Assembly: GCA_009914755.4 (NCBI GenBank)
Contig: CP068257.2
Coordinates: 16,736,001 to 16,800,000 of the forward strand
Origin: the human T2T-CHM13v2.0 reference genome, Homo sapiens
DNA: 64,000 bases
Reading direction: 5' to 3'
Below, in pieces: positions 13,316 to 27,320 of the stretch. Within the stretch, counting starts at the first letter, position 1. Each line of letters starts with the position of its first letter. The translations under genes were made by a program, and so were the position numbers. The notes beneath the pieces are model-generated. The model did not search any database. It was not told the DNA's origin and saw nothing but the letters and a program-made list of their open reading frames with translations.

Positions 13316-13980
13316 CAGGAGATGGGAAGGCACTGAGGTTTCTTTTGACCATTAAATAAGCTTCATTTGACCTTCTGCCATTGTTTTTCTAAGCATAATC
13401 TCTTTTACCTTTGATTTGACTTTCCTACCTCTTTTTGGTCACTAAAACTAAGGATTCTGTTACTGATGTCAGAACTTTTGTGATGATCCGATACCAATTA
13501 TTTTGTCCTTAGGATCTTTGATTCAGTTGTTCCTTACCTGAGATGTGAGACTAACCTTTCTATAAAGTCAGGCTCACTGTGTATCTCCAATGTCCTACCA
13601 GTCCCCTATGACTTTAATTTGGCACGAGTTCATTGTCACACTCTTAGGTTTATATTTAGCACATTCATGATGTCTCAACATCTTCTTAGTAGCCCTCAAT
13701 GCCAGCTCTATTATATCCTCAACATGCTACGTTATTTTTTATCTTTATCCGAAATGGCTTTCCTTGTCTTCTCCACTCAAGTAGTCCCTATCTATGCCTT
13801 TCAGACACTGTCCCACATTTTTCATAAAACTTTCCATGACCCACCCTTTCAAGTCAAGGGACTCCTTCACACAGTAACATGCCTGTGCTTTTGGAGAACT
13901 ATTTAAGAATTCTCAAGTTAGTTTATTTCTTGTAACAAAAAGTTAAAGCCATGGTAACTGTATAATTATTTTTATAGCCA

Positions 13981-14076
13981 TAGGATGAAGATTAAATGAA
14001 AAGATGCTAATCTCTAACATAATATTAATAGGATGAAGATTAAATGAAAAAATGATAACCTCTAACATAATATTCA
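13981..14076. repeat. 48-bp tandem duplication x2 (taggatgaagattaaatgaaaagatgctaatctctaacataatattaa)
   Basis: Two adjacent near-identical copies. Confidence 0.8.
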
Positions 14077-14440
14077 TTATGTTAATAACAGCTGCTAAAT
14101 AATTTTTCATTCATTTGCTAAGACTTTATAGAATACATATGCTGTGGTGGGCATTAGTTAGGTTCTGAAAATACAGGTATCAAAGATACATTCTCTGCCC
14201 TAAGAGAGCTCCTAGCCTAGTAAGGAGATAGACAAATCAACAATTATGCTATAGTGTGAGAATTGTACTTTAAATGTAGATACATGGTGCTAAATGCACA
14301 GGGGGAAGAAGTACCTAAACCAGACTAGAGTGTCAGTTAAGTGTCCCAGGGAAGGCGACATGGACTGGTTCTTAATGGGTTGTGAGGATGGAATATAAGA
14401 AAGGATGCAATAATAAGGAGAGAAAATGAGAGTGCCAGTA

Positions 14441-16675
14441 TATTAATCCATTTTTACACTACTATAAAGAAATACCTGAGACTGGGTAATTTATAAAATA
14501 AAGAAGTTTAATTGGCTTACAGTTCCACATGGCTGGGGAGGCCTCAGAAACTTACAATCAGGTTGGAAGCCTAAGGGGAAGCAAGGACCTTCTTCACGTG
14601 GTGGCAGAAGAGAGAAGAGTGTGAAGGGGGAAGAAGCCCTTATGAAACCATCAGATCTCATAAGAACTCACACACTGTCATGAGAACAGCATGTGGGAAA
14701 CTGCCTTCATGACCCAATCACCTCACACCAGGTACCTCTCTCAACATGTAGGGATTACAATTGGAGATGAGATTTGTGTGGGGACACAGAGCCAAACCAT
14801 ATCATTCTGCTTCAGGCCCCTCCCAAATCTCATGCCCTCACATTTCAGAACACAATCATGCCTTCCCAACAGTCCCTCAAAGTTTTAACTCATTTCAGCA
14901 TTAATTCAAAAGTCCAAAGTCCAAAGTCTCATCTGAGACTAGACAAGGCTCTTCTGCCTATGAGTATGTAAAATCAAAAACAAGTTCATTACTTCCAAGA
15001 TACAAAGGGGTTACAAGCACTGAATAAATGCTACCATTCCAAATGGAAAAAAATTTGGACAAAACAAAGGGGCTACAGGCCCCATGCAACTCCAAAATCC
15101 AGCAGGGCAGTCATTAAATCTTAAAGCTCCAAAATAATCTCCTTTGACTCCATGTCTCACATCCACGGCATGCTAATGCAAGGGGTGGGCTCTGATGGTC
15201 TTGGGCAGCTCCACCCTAGTGGCTTTGAAGCATACAGCTCCCCTACCCCCACTGGCTGCTTTCACAGCTGGCATTGAGTGTCTGCAGTTTTTCCAGGCAC
15301 ACGGTGTGAGATGTCAGTGGATCTACCATTCTGTGGTCTGGAGGACGGTGGCTGTCTTCTCCAGAGTCAGCCCAGGGGGGACTCTGTGTGGGGGCTCTAG
15401 CCACACATTTTCCTTCTGCACTGCTCTAGCAGAAGTTCTCCATGAGAGTTCTGCCCCTGCAGCAGACTTCTGCCTACATATCCAGATGTTTCCATACATC
15501 CTCTGAAATCTAGGCAGAGGTTCCCAAACTTTAATTCTTGACTTCTGTGTACCTGCGGGCCCACGTGGAAGTTGCCAAAGTGTAGAGCTTGCACCCTCTT
15601 AAGCAATGGCCTGACCTGTACACTGGGCCCTTTTAGCCATGGCTGGAGCTGGAGTGGCTGGGACGCAGGGCACCAAGCCCCAAGGCTGTACACAGCAGTG
15701 GGGTCCTGGGCCCCATCCACAAACCATTTTTCCTCCTAGGCCTCCAGGCCTGTGATGGGAGGTCCTGCTATGAAGAACTCTGACATGCCACGGAGACATG
15801 TTCACCATTGTCTTGGCGAATAACATTTGACTCCTCATTACTTATGCAAATTTCTGTAGCTGGCTTCAATTTGTCCCCAGGAAATGGGTTTTTCTTTCTG
15901 CCACATAGTTAGCCTGCAAATTTTCCAAACTTTTATACTCTGTCACCTGTTGAAAATTTTGCTGTTTAGAAATTTCTCCTGCCAGATACCTTAAATCATC
16001 ACTCTCAAGTTCAAAATTCCACAGATCTCTAGGGCAGGGGCAAAATGCTGCCAATCTCTTTGTTAAAGGATAGTAAGAATAACCTTTGGTCCCTTTTCCA
16101 ATAAGTTCCTGATCTCCATCTGAGATCACCTCAACCTGGACTTCATCGTCCATATCACTCTTAGCATTTTGGTCAAATCCATTCAACAAGTCTCTGAGAA
16201 GACTCCTTCCCGTCTTCTTCTGAGTTCTCCAAACTACTCCAACCTCTGCCTGTTACCCAGTTCCAATGTCACTTCCACATTTTCGGTTATCTTTATGGCA
16301 GTACCCCATTCCTGGTGCCAATTAGTCTTTTTTCACACTGCTATAAAGATACTACTCAAAACTGGGTAATTTATAAAGGAAGGAAGTTTAATTGACTCAC
16401 AGTTCTGCATGACTGGGGAGGCCTCAGGAAACTTAAAATCATGGCAGAAGGTGAAGAAGCAGCAAGTACTTTCTTCACAAGGTGGCAGGAAAGAGAGAGA
16501 GTGGGGGAAACTGCCACTTATAAAACCATCAGATCTCATGAGAACTCATCCACTATCATAAGAACAGCATGGGAGAAACTGCCCCCATTCCAATCACCTC
16601 CCACCAGGTCCCTCCCTCAACATGTCGGGATTACAACTTGAGATGAGATTTGAGTGGGGACACAGAGCCATATCA
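14441..16675 (-). mobile_element. Full-length ERVL-MaLR LTR retrotransposon (THE1/MST-type): LTR, ~1.5-kb internal region, LTR. Minus orientation
   Basis: The terminal ~360-bp direct repeats (14441-14804 and 16318-16675) are reverse complements of the THE1/MST LTR consensus (TGATATGGTTTGGCTGTGTCCCCACCCAAATCTCATC...TTTATAAATTACCCAGTCTC...). The internal part matches MaLR-int (e.g. ...caggtgacagagtataaaagtttggaaaatttgcaggctaac...). The flanking 5-bp CAGTA is duplicated (14436-14440 and 16678-16682), consistent with the 5-bp TSD of ERVL-class integration. Confidence 0.85.
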
Positions 16676-18173
16676 CCCAGTAACGAAAACATAGATAAAA
16701 GAGAGAAAGCAGGATGGTTTTGAGGGTGTACAGATGATGTGGCAGGACTGAGGCAGAACGCTGTGTCGAGTTGGGGAGGAGAAACAGAAGGCCAGAGTGT
16801 GTTTTGGTGACAGAGCCATGCAGTACACCTGCATTTAGTATGATAGCACTAGAAAAAGTCTTTAGGTATTTAAGGAGTGAGATATGAAGATGGAGAGACA
16901 TTTATTCTCTAAAAAACTAGTAACTACAAGCAGGATCAGTGGATGAAAATCAAAGAAAGAAATAATTTGGTGATAATAATAAAGCATGTTCTAGTACCTA
17001 AAGTTATAAATAATAAACAAAATATACTAATAATCATGATTATTTAATAGGCTGTTTGTAGGATGTCCACAGCAATATTGAAAAAAGATTCCTAATTTTT
17101 GTTAGTCACATTACATGAGAAAATTAAATTTAAGCAGTATGAATCTCTTTCTTTTGTTGGACTAGAATGAATTTTCTTTAGTCTGTGAGCATTCCAGCTC
17201 AAAGCAGTCAAGCAAAGGCTAGACTACACAAGAAAAGAAAAAAATTTTTCTTGCACTATCACACAAACTGTATATACAACCTGACATGTAATGCCTAATA
17301 ACGTTAGTAAAAATTTCTTGACTCTGTCATATCTCCCCAACAATATTTTAAATTCCTCACAGCAGAGATTTTATACCTTAATCATCACATAAATTACTCA
17401 TGCCTAATTTATTATTAATGTCTGTTATAAATTAGTCACTTAACCCAAAGGTGCCCTTTGTAAGTAGGCAATTAAAAACCAAATAGCCTATCAAAACAGA
17501 GAGAGAGAAAACCAGTTCTAAATATACCAATACAAATTAAAATGTCTTAATGATAGTGGTTGAATGAGCTCTTTAATAAAAGACTTTCTCTTAATATCTG
17601 TATTCTCAGAACCTAGTTAAATGTCTGTTTCTAAGTAAGCCCTATATGTGTGTTAAGTACATAAGCGAGCAAATGAATGGATGACTACCTGAACATTTAT
17701 TTAACTCTATGTTGACAGGATAAAAATATTTGCTTCAGTTTTCCAGTATCTCTTTAATATATGTTTTGCCTATTTTTTGAAGTACTCTTTTTAGTGATTC
17801 TACCCTCCCCTTGTGCAAAGCACAGAACAATATTTTATATTTTCATCTTTATCTTTATTCTACTATAGGGGGATTTTAAGTTAGCAATTTATGTTGTATT
17901 TCAAAGCATGCTGTATCTCTCATAGAATTTTAGGGATATTAACCCTGAATAAACTGAAGATTATTTTGGGAAGATAAGGAAAATTCTGCTTTCTAAAGAT
18001 TACAGAAACTACAAGGTAACTTAGTTTCTATCATATCACATTTGAAGAACTGATTTTAAAAGCCTCAGATGAAACAAAAAAAATGTGTCATTTTTCAGGA
18101 GGAGGTAAAGAAAAAGTAAATAATGATAATTTTCATTCTAACCAAACAGATGTTTAAATCTTCATGTATGGCA

Positions 18174-18192
18174 TTCTCTCTCTCTCTCTCTG

Positions 18193-18225
<33 letters not shown>

Positions 18226-18252
18226 TTCTCTCACATACACACAAACACACAC
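18174..18252. repeat. (CT)n microsatellite followed by a short (CA)n-like tract
   Basis: ctctctctctgtctctctctctctc...acatacacacaaacacacac. Confidence 0.9.
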
Positions 18253-20134
18253 TTACTTTTGATACTTTTGATGTATCCATGAACCATATAAACTGTACAG
18301 AGATACTGTAGACTCTACCTCATTTTCAGCTTGCCTCCAGTTTTTACTAAAACAACAATGAGGTCATTATGAAAAAAAAACACATTCCTACTAAATTATA
18401 ACAGTATTACAATCTAAATGATAAAAAAGCCCCTTATAGACTTCTGGATAGATCAGTACACCTTTAAATCCAGTGACGGATTCTTATAAAGGCTATTTCT
18501 CCACTCGTTTAACTCATTCCACTCTGACTTTCTGAGTATTTTTCTATATGCTAACTCCAGCAACTAGCATTGTCAATTCATAGAAGAGTAACACATGCAT
18601 AACCATTAAAAAGGAAAAAAATAAGAGAATAAAAAGATTGTAAACTTAGGTACTGTTTACCCTAGTCTGAGTATAGATTATCCCATCAGTTTTCCCATAA
18701 AGTTAACGAACACTTTAACCTACACAACTTTAAAAATCAGAGTGGAGAACAAGGAAAACTAAAGGTGGAAGCACAGGGCTTGCGTGGAAAAAGGTCTATG
18801 GCCATTTAGCAAATGAACAAAATAAGGCACCCAGAGGGAGAGTAGCCACTGAGAAACATACAGCAAACACTGCTTGGACAATTCCTGAATATGTGACTCT
18901 TTAGCCTTAACTTTCATTGCTTCACTCTGTCTTGAGTACTTTTTTAATATAAAAATTAGTAGTAGAGGACAGCATGAATGTTTTAGACAGACAGACTAAT
19001 GGCAGCTTGACATTGGAAAAGTAACCTAGCCTCTCTGAACCACACATTAATAATTCACGACAGACTGATAATCTAAAACTTCACAAACCCCTAGTGAGGA
19101 AAGCATTAGGTGACATACACAAGTACATGGTAGTAATGGTACACAGAAGAACAAATTGACAAGCTTGTGGTGATCTTCTGATTAGTACTGAGTATTTAGT
19201 TTGCTAAATGAATTGGTACACCAGGAACACCATCAGTCCATATATACTTGCCATTTTTCTTTTTAAAAACAGGGCTAAAGTATCTTAACCTTTTCAAAAA
19301 TAATGTAATTTTTAGGGAGCAAAATGTAAAACATCTGAATTTTTTTAGTGTTATTATGATGCCTTATTATTTATCTAATTGAAGACATAAACCTTAAATA
19401 TCAATGGACAATGTAGACAAGAAAACTGTAATAATTTCTATCAGACTGTCAGCTGCACAAAAGCACAAAAAATATGTAATTTTAAGGCCCTGGAATATAA
19501 TAAATAATACATGAATAAAAGTAAAATTAATATTCAGGTTTTATAGGTCGCAGTGTCTTGAAAACCCATAGGGAGGCTGTTGTCCTCTGCTATTGAGCTT
19601 GTACATTGTGCTTTCATTTCAAATTGTGGGCTTGGAGCTTTCAGCTACCTTCAACTGCAGTGCAGCAGCTGCTTAAAAACTAAGACTTACTTACTCTCAC
19701 GGTAAAGGAGTATGGAAGATGGCCAGCTGTAACTAAAGAATATTGCCATCAGTCTAGCTTACTTAGATGTTTTTCTCCATGCTCATCTTGGCTTTCATTG
19801 TTCTCCTTCCTGTTCCAGATTTACTGTCATCCTTCTTATTTCTGTAGAAAAAGAGAAGTTTCCTTTTCCATTGCATCTTGAGCCCACCCATCTATGGTGA
19901 AAAGCAAACCCACCCTCCCTAGAAGTTGTTATATTCTGTGGGCTCTGCTACTCTAACATTCTCATATGAAAGGAGAGCACATGCTGAATCAGAACAACAA
20001 AACTCCATTCAAACACATTCCCCAACACCTACTAGCTGTGTGATTTGAGGCAAGTTATTTTTCCAAGCCTCGGTGTCGTAGTTATTTAAGGCGGAATAAT
20101 TGCATCTCCCTCACAGTCATTTGGTGAGGAGTGA

Positions 20135-20501
<367 letters not shown>

Positions 20502-23464
20502 AAGTCACAAAAGGCTTGGCCTGAAATAGAGATTCAACCAGTGAGTTTCCTTTTTGCCAGCTTGTCATAGGATCTCTGTTTTACCTAACCTTCTGGAATA
20601 TTGTCTTTCTTTCTGTGCTTTTTAAATGTGAATTATTGTGAAGGCTTTGCTCTCTTCCCTTTTTCAGCTACCCCAGGTCTTGATCAGTCTTTAACTTTTT
20701 TTTCTTGGAATCCTCTCCCTTTGTCTTTTTCATTTTTAACTTAATTTTATAAATTTACATTTTTCTTTCTTTTATATTACATGTATTTTTAACTTTCCAG
20801 TTGACTTGTATCTCTATTCCAAAAGCCCTTTGGTAGTTTGTAGTTTAGAAAACTTTAGGTTCAGAGAGATGTCAGCAAGATTGTCAAACTCTCCTTCATG
20901 ATACAACAGCAACAACAACACACAGGTCAATTTTTTTTGTGACAAATACAAAAGCTAATTGTTTAGAAAATAGATCTTACAATAGAAATAAGAAAATAGT
21001 TCTTACAAAATTTCCATAATTTCCATATGTTACAGATTCAAACATTCATAGTGTGGAATTACATCATTACATTATTAATCTAAGATTCGTTAGTTTATTG
21101 AGCACCTACTTTACTTTAAGCAATCTTATGCCCTCTGGGTACACAGTGGACAAGTACCTTCTCTCTAGGTATTTATAGTATAAATGAAGCAGGGTGATAC
21201 AATATTATTTTATTAAATGACAAGCAAGCTTTTTCCAAATGTTCGTAGCAAGTCAAATACTATATCTGCATCTGTACCCTCTCCATGTGTCTCTGCAAGA
21301 TTTTATTGTCAGTAGAGAGAAACATATTAACATAAGATCAATTATCAAAAGTTATTATTATTCGCTACTAAAATGAAAGTTTATGCTGTGCCACTTTGCT
21401 TAATCCTCAAAAAATGTTGAAAAATTTAAATATTCCTCTTTTCCTATATATAGTGATGCTATTTTACAAATATTAGCAAAAAAATCACTAATTTTCCATC
21501 AGTAGAAAATTTTTGAGCTATACTCACTCAAATTGTAAAACTCTTGAGTTCTTATATTCATTCTTCAGATTGCTTGATAGAAAGATCTCATCTATCTAGA
21601 AAAATATAAAAGATTGAATGAGTATACTAAATTTAGGATTTTAACTTTTGTTGAAAAATTTATACAAAGCAATCTTTATGTTCTGCTTAGAGTTGGGGCA
21701 ATTTTCTCCATAGTAATGGGGCTCATACATTTGAGTATCTTGGGCATATTACATTTATTCTCTAGTTGTTTCACAGTGAGAAAATGGTGTTTTCAGCAAG
21801 TAGTTAAACTGTGTTATAAAATTTGAAACCAGCTGTCAGTCTCCTACCATTTGCTGAAGGTCAAAAGCAAGAACTTTGAAATCCACTGAGAGTTTGTCTT
21901 GCAAATTAGGATTATATGTAACTCCGGATGTTATTTTAAATGTCGCTCTGGCTTCATGACTCTGTCCAAGTGCTGCACCTAGATAAATTAATAAGGAAAA
22001 AACACTAAGATTTTGGATTATGAGTAGGAGAAAATATGCACATTCTGTTAAGACATAGAAGTAAAGCTCTCGCCTGATGTGTTAGCTCTGTAGTTCTTGC
22101 TTTTTCTTTGTAGTCTCATGTTTCAAAATCAGCTGCTTTCTTTCACCAGCTGTCTGATTGTTTTAAAAGATTGGAAACTAAACCTTTTCTCCATTCTTTC
22201 AATATTTTTTTTCTTTTCTTTGAAGTCTAACCCACACTCCAAGCTTCCAAATTTTCATTATTATTGTTATTGAGATTCCTGTTGGAAGATACACGGACTG
22301 ATGAACTCCCACCAATCATGGGAAGTGACTCAGGGAAACATGGTGAGAAGTGAACCATTAAAAGTTTTGTAGTTGCTTTCAGATACTTCTTGAACACCTA
22401 GCATCCAGGGACACCACTGGGTTTTGACATATGAATTCCTGTGAAGATTTCAGTGTTTTGGTTACTTTGAAACATGACTTTGAGGCTACTTCTTTCATTC
22501 TAATAATTATAAAAATGGCATGCATGACCTTGTGCCATTAGCTGGTGACTGTCTTTGTTGAAGACGTTATTTAGAATGCTGTAGAAAATAGATAACCTCA
22601 CTAGGAAAAAAAAATGTAAAAAAAGAAGGTTAACGAATTAAATATAAACATGGATAATAAAATGTGTCATTAAGTCCTACATAATCCCTTTATCAGCATA
22701 TTTTCATTGACACTGATTTATGTTTAAAATGAATTGCTTCAACTGAAACTCACAATAATGAACTCATTAGTAAATATAATAATAATGACATATAATTCTC
22801 ACAATAATCTGGTGCGAGAAGACGTAGTTTCTTCTTTTCTGAGATAGGGTAATTGGAGTTTAGAACGATTAAGAAAATTTCTCAAGGTAGTAAAGGTCTT
22901 AGGCAACAGATCTGGAATTTGGTCATTGAAATGACTGACTCTACAACCCAGGATCTCTATATAATACATTGACACCAAACTATCCCATTAAGAGGATAAT
23001 TAGAAATAATAATTCAGGCAGTATGTGTGCATATAGTCTAAATAGCTTTAATTGCATAATTGATGTAACATATTATTTATACTATTTCATTTGTATTTTA
23101 AATACTCAAAATTACATTGAAGTTTGCATGTTTAAATGTAGAATACAAAGAAGGACTGAGGAACTACAACAGATTAAAGGAGACTAAGGAAGCGTAATAA
23201 CTAAATCTTATATAGGAATCTGCATTGGATCTTAAGCTGGTAAAGGGCATTAGTGGAAAAACTGGTGAAATTTGAATAAAGTATGTGGTTCAGTTAACAA
23301 TACTGTAGAAATGTTAATTTTTTGATTGTGACAATTGTACTGTGGATAAACGAAATATTAACATCCAAGGAAGCTGGGTTATATGAGAACTCTGTACAAT
23401 TTTTGCAACTTTTAATAAGTCTAAAGTGAAGTCAAAAAAAGTATAAAAAATGTTAAAAGTAGTA

Positions 23465-25408
23465 TGTGCTTTGAAAGCCCTAAAGACTCTGCAAAAAGGC
23501 TCCTGAAACTGATAAATGACTTCAGCAAAGTTTCAGGATACAAAATAAATGTACAATGTCAGTTGCATTTCTATACGCTAAATACATTCAAGCTGAGAGC
23601 CAAATCAAGAATTTAATCCCATTGTCAATAGCCATACAAAAGATAAAATACTTAGGAATATCTCTCACCAAGGATATAAAAGAGACCTACAAGGATAACT
23701 ACAAAACACTGCTATAAAAATCAGATAACACAAACAAATGGAAATAATTCCATGCTAATGGATTGGAAGAATCAATGTTGTTAAAATGACCATACTGCCC
23801 AAAGCAACCTACAGATTCAATGCTATTCCTATTAAACTATCAAACTCATTTTTCATAAAATCATAAAAAATGATTCAAAAATTCATATGGAACTAGGAAA
23901 GAGCCAGAATAGTCAAAGCAATCCTAAGCTAAAAGAACAAAGTCAGAGGCATCACATTACGCAACTTCATGCTATACTATAAAGCTATAGTAACTAAAAC
24001 AGCATGGTAGTAGTACAAATACAGATACATAGTCCAATGAAACAGAATAGAGAACCCACAGTAAAGTAAAGCTACACATCTACAGCCATCTAATCTTTAA
24101 CAAAGTTGACAGAAAATAAACAATGAGGAAAGGACTTGCTAGTTAATAAACAGTGCTGGTATATCTGGCTAGCCATATGCAGAAGAATGAAACTGGATCC
24201 CTACCTTTCACCATATACAAAAATTAACGCAAGATAAATTAAAGATTTAAATTAAGACCTCAAACTATAACAATCCTAGAGGAAAAAAGGAAAACATCAT
24301 TCTGGAAATTATGCTTGGCAGAGAATTTAGGACTAAATCCTCAAAAGCAGTTGCAACGAAACCAAAAATTGGCAAGTGGGGCCTAATTAAACTAAAGATC
24401 TTCTGCACTGCAAAATAAACTATCAAGAAAGTCAACATACAACCTATGGAATGGGAGGAAATACTTGCAAACGATGCATCTGACAAGGTCTAATATCCCG
24501 AATCTATAAGGATCTTAAATAATTGCACAAACAAAAAACAAATAAACCCATTAAAAACTGGGCAAAAAACATGAACAAGCACTTGTCAAAAAAAGACATA
24601 CAAGTGGCTAACAAATATTTTAAAAAATACTCATCACCACTAATCACCAGAGAAATGTAAATCAAAACCACAATGAGATACCATCTCATGCTGGTCGGAA
24701 TGGCTATTACCAAAGAATCGAAAAACAACAGATGTTGACAAGGCTGCAGAGAAACAGGAATACTTATACACCGTTGATAGAAATGTAAATTAGTTCAGCC
24801 ACTGTGCAAAGCAGTTTGGCTATTTCTCAAAGAACCTAAAACAGAAATACCATTTGACCCAGCAATCCCATTACTGGGTATATATCAAAAAGAAAATAAG
24901 TCATTCTACCAAACAGACACACGCACTCACATGTTCATCACAGCACAGTTTACAATAGCAAAGTTATGGACTCAACCTAGGTGCCCATCAACGGTGTACT
25001 GGATAAAGAAAATGTGGTACATATGCATTGTGGAATAAGATGCAGCCATAAAAAAGAATGAACTCATGTCCTTTGCAGCAACATGGATGCAGCTAGAGGC
25101 CATTATACTAAGCAAATTAATGCAGGAACAGAAAAAACAAATACCACATGTTCTCAAGCATAAGTGGGAGCTAAACAGCAGGCACTCGTGGACATAAAGA
25201 TGGCAACAATAGACACTGGGGACTACCAGAAGGGGAAAGTGGGAGAGGGGCAAGGGTTGACAAACTAACTTCTGGGTACTATGCTCAGTACCTGGGTGAT
25301 GGGATCATTCATACCCCAAACCTCAATATATGCAATATACCCAGGTAACAAGCCTGCACATGTGCCCCCTGAATCTAAAATAATAGTTTAAAAAGAAAAA
25401 AATAGCAG
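23465..25408 (+). mobile_element. LINE-1 3' fragment (old, diverged): ORF2 C-terminal region, 3' UTR and A-rich tail. Truncated at its 5' end
   Basis: Colinear with the L1 ORF2 3' half (...cttcagcaaagtttcaggatacaaaataaatgtacaa..., ...gaatcaatgttgttaaaatgaccatactgcccaaagcaacctacagattcaatgc..., ...accacaatgagataccatctcatgc...) but with many stops and frameshifts. Ends ...cacatgtgccccctgaatctaaaataatagtttaaaaag. Confidence 0.9.
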
Positions 25409-25894
25409 TATGCATTATGATCTCTGATGTATTGGTAAAGCATTAACTCGAATCCCTTTTTATATTTAGCTGTTCACTGTTAAACAGTATTATCACTTAT
25501 AAATATTTATTTTCTCTTTCACTTGTAAAATAACTAACCTTTGTATGTTTATTGAACAACAGGGATTCCAATGGACTTTCAAATGCTTATAGATCCTTCA
25601 AGTTATTCACAGCAATTAAATAAGACCAAAACAGCCATTTTTCTAAAAGTTTAATTCAATCTGTATTGTATTTTAGTACTTTGTATAATTTTATAAAATA
25701 TCCACACTTTCTTTCCCTTTAAAATATAGCCCGTGTGTATGTCTATAGTTTTTAAATAGACCAGGAATTATACTAAAATTATTTAATAAAACTATGGCAT
25801 GTGCATTACATTCTAATTTAAACTTACTTATTTACTAGAATAAAATAGCTAACCCAACAATTGTGAATTTAATAGGTAAAACTAAAATCACTCA

Positions 25895-26239
<345 letters not shown>

Positions 26240-27128
26240 TTAAAAATGTAAAAAATTGTTTTTAAGAGAAAATAAACTGTTAATACGTAGGTTATTGCTA
26301 TGCTTTCAATTTTTTAAATTTACCCTATAAATGAATAAGTGGTAAGATGGACTATAAGTTCCAGAGCGGGATTGTCTAGTTTGGAATCTTACTTCTGCTA
26401 CCCACTAATAATGTGAACTTAAGCAAGTTACTTCTAGTCTCTGTCTCAGATCCCTCATCTGTAAAACGAGCATACCAATAAGCTTTCATATGTTGTAGCT
26501 ACACAATACATTTGAAGGTATTTTAAAAGCTGTTGGTACAAAGTTAGCTCTAACTAAGAGTTATCATTTCTTATGCTTTTTCTGTTTATCGGAGTTGCTA
26601 CTCAGTTTGTGACCTTTTTAAGTCTACATTTATATCCAAGTTATTTTATATTAGTAGAATTAAAATGGTTAGACTGATAAGAGAATGAAGATAGAAATAA
26701 ACAATATTTTCTGTTAACTTTGCATGTTTATCTACTTACATATTCAACAACATGTTAATATGTTTGTGATTTAAATTATATCAAAACAAAATCAGGGGCC
26801 ATGAAATCTACTTGATTATATGTTGAAACCAAGATACTTATTTAACATTATTTATTTTAAAAACTACTCAGTCTCATGCTTAAATTCTGCATTAAGTTTC
26901 AAATTACATACCAATTAATTTTCCTAATATTCTCTGAAGGGAACTACAGAGAAGTACATGAAGGCAACATAAATATTTTGTCATGAAGATTAATTTGAAA
27001 TATTAGATGGAAAGCCCAAAATAATGCATTTAGTTGGCAATGAATAAAATAGACTTACAGAATAACTGACACTAAAGTGTGTACATTCAGCTGAGAGCAC
27101 CTTCACGAGCCAACTCCATGTGACTTAC

Positions 27129-27273
27129 CTCGTTGGGATTCCTTGATTGTCAGGCAGGATACTGCAATTAATCCAGCACAGAGCACTACCAATATGGCAA
27201 AGAGAGCTGCAAACATGATTTCATAGGAGCTGAGAGAATGATGCCTAGAAGATATGCCTCTTTTCGACCCCAT
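27129..27273 (-). CDS. Candidate 5' coding exon of an unidentified minus-strand gene. Encodes MGSKRGISSRHHSLSSYEIMFAALFAILVVLCAGLIAVSCLTIKESQR(G), a type-II signal-anchor-like N-terminus
   Basis: Reverse complement of 27129-27273 reads ATGGGGTCGAAAAGAGGC... with Kozak accaaaaATGg. An in-frame stop lies 9 codons upstream. The frame stays open for 48 codons and ends CGAG|GTAAGTCA (plus 27123-27128 acttac), a consensus donor. The peptide has a basic/Ser-rich cytosolic stretch, a 23-residue hydrophobic helix, then KESQR. Confidence 0.4.
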
Positions 27274-27312
27274 TTTTGGTTTTGAAGGCTTGCTAATTTA
27301 AGAACTGAAAGA

Positions 27313-27320
27313 GAATATAA
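27313..27320 (-). promoter_or_regulatory. TATA-like motif (TATTTATA on minus strand) ~45 nt upstream of the candidate ATG. An acceptor-like tctctttcag lies 30 nt upstream instead
   Basis: Reverse complement of aatataaataattc. Purely motif-based, no CpG island nearby. Confidence 0.15.

Noticed and set aside
24265-24728. Two minus-strand ORFs (73 and 74 aa)
   Set aside because: They are antisense to the old L1 fragment at 23465-25408, so chance frames in retroelement-derived sequence. The same applies to 60128-60427(-) and 61775-62086(-) within the young L1
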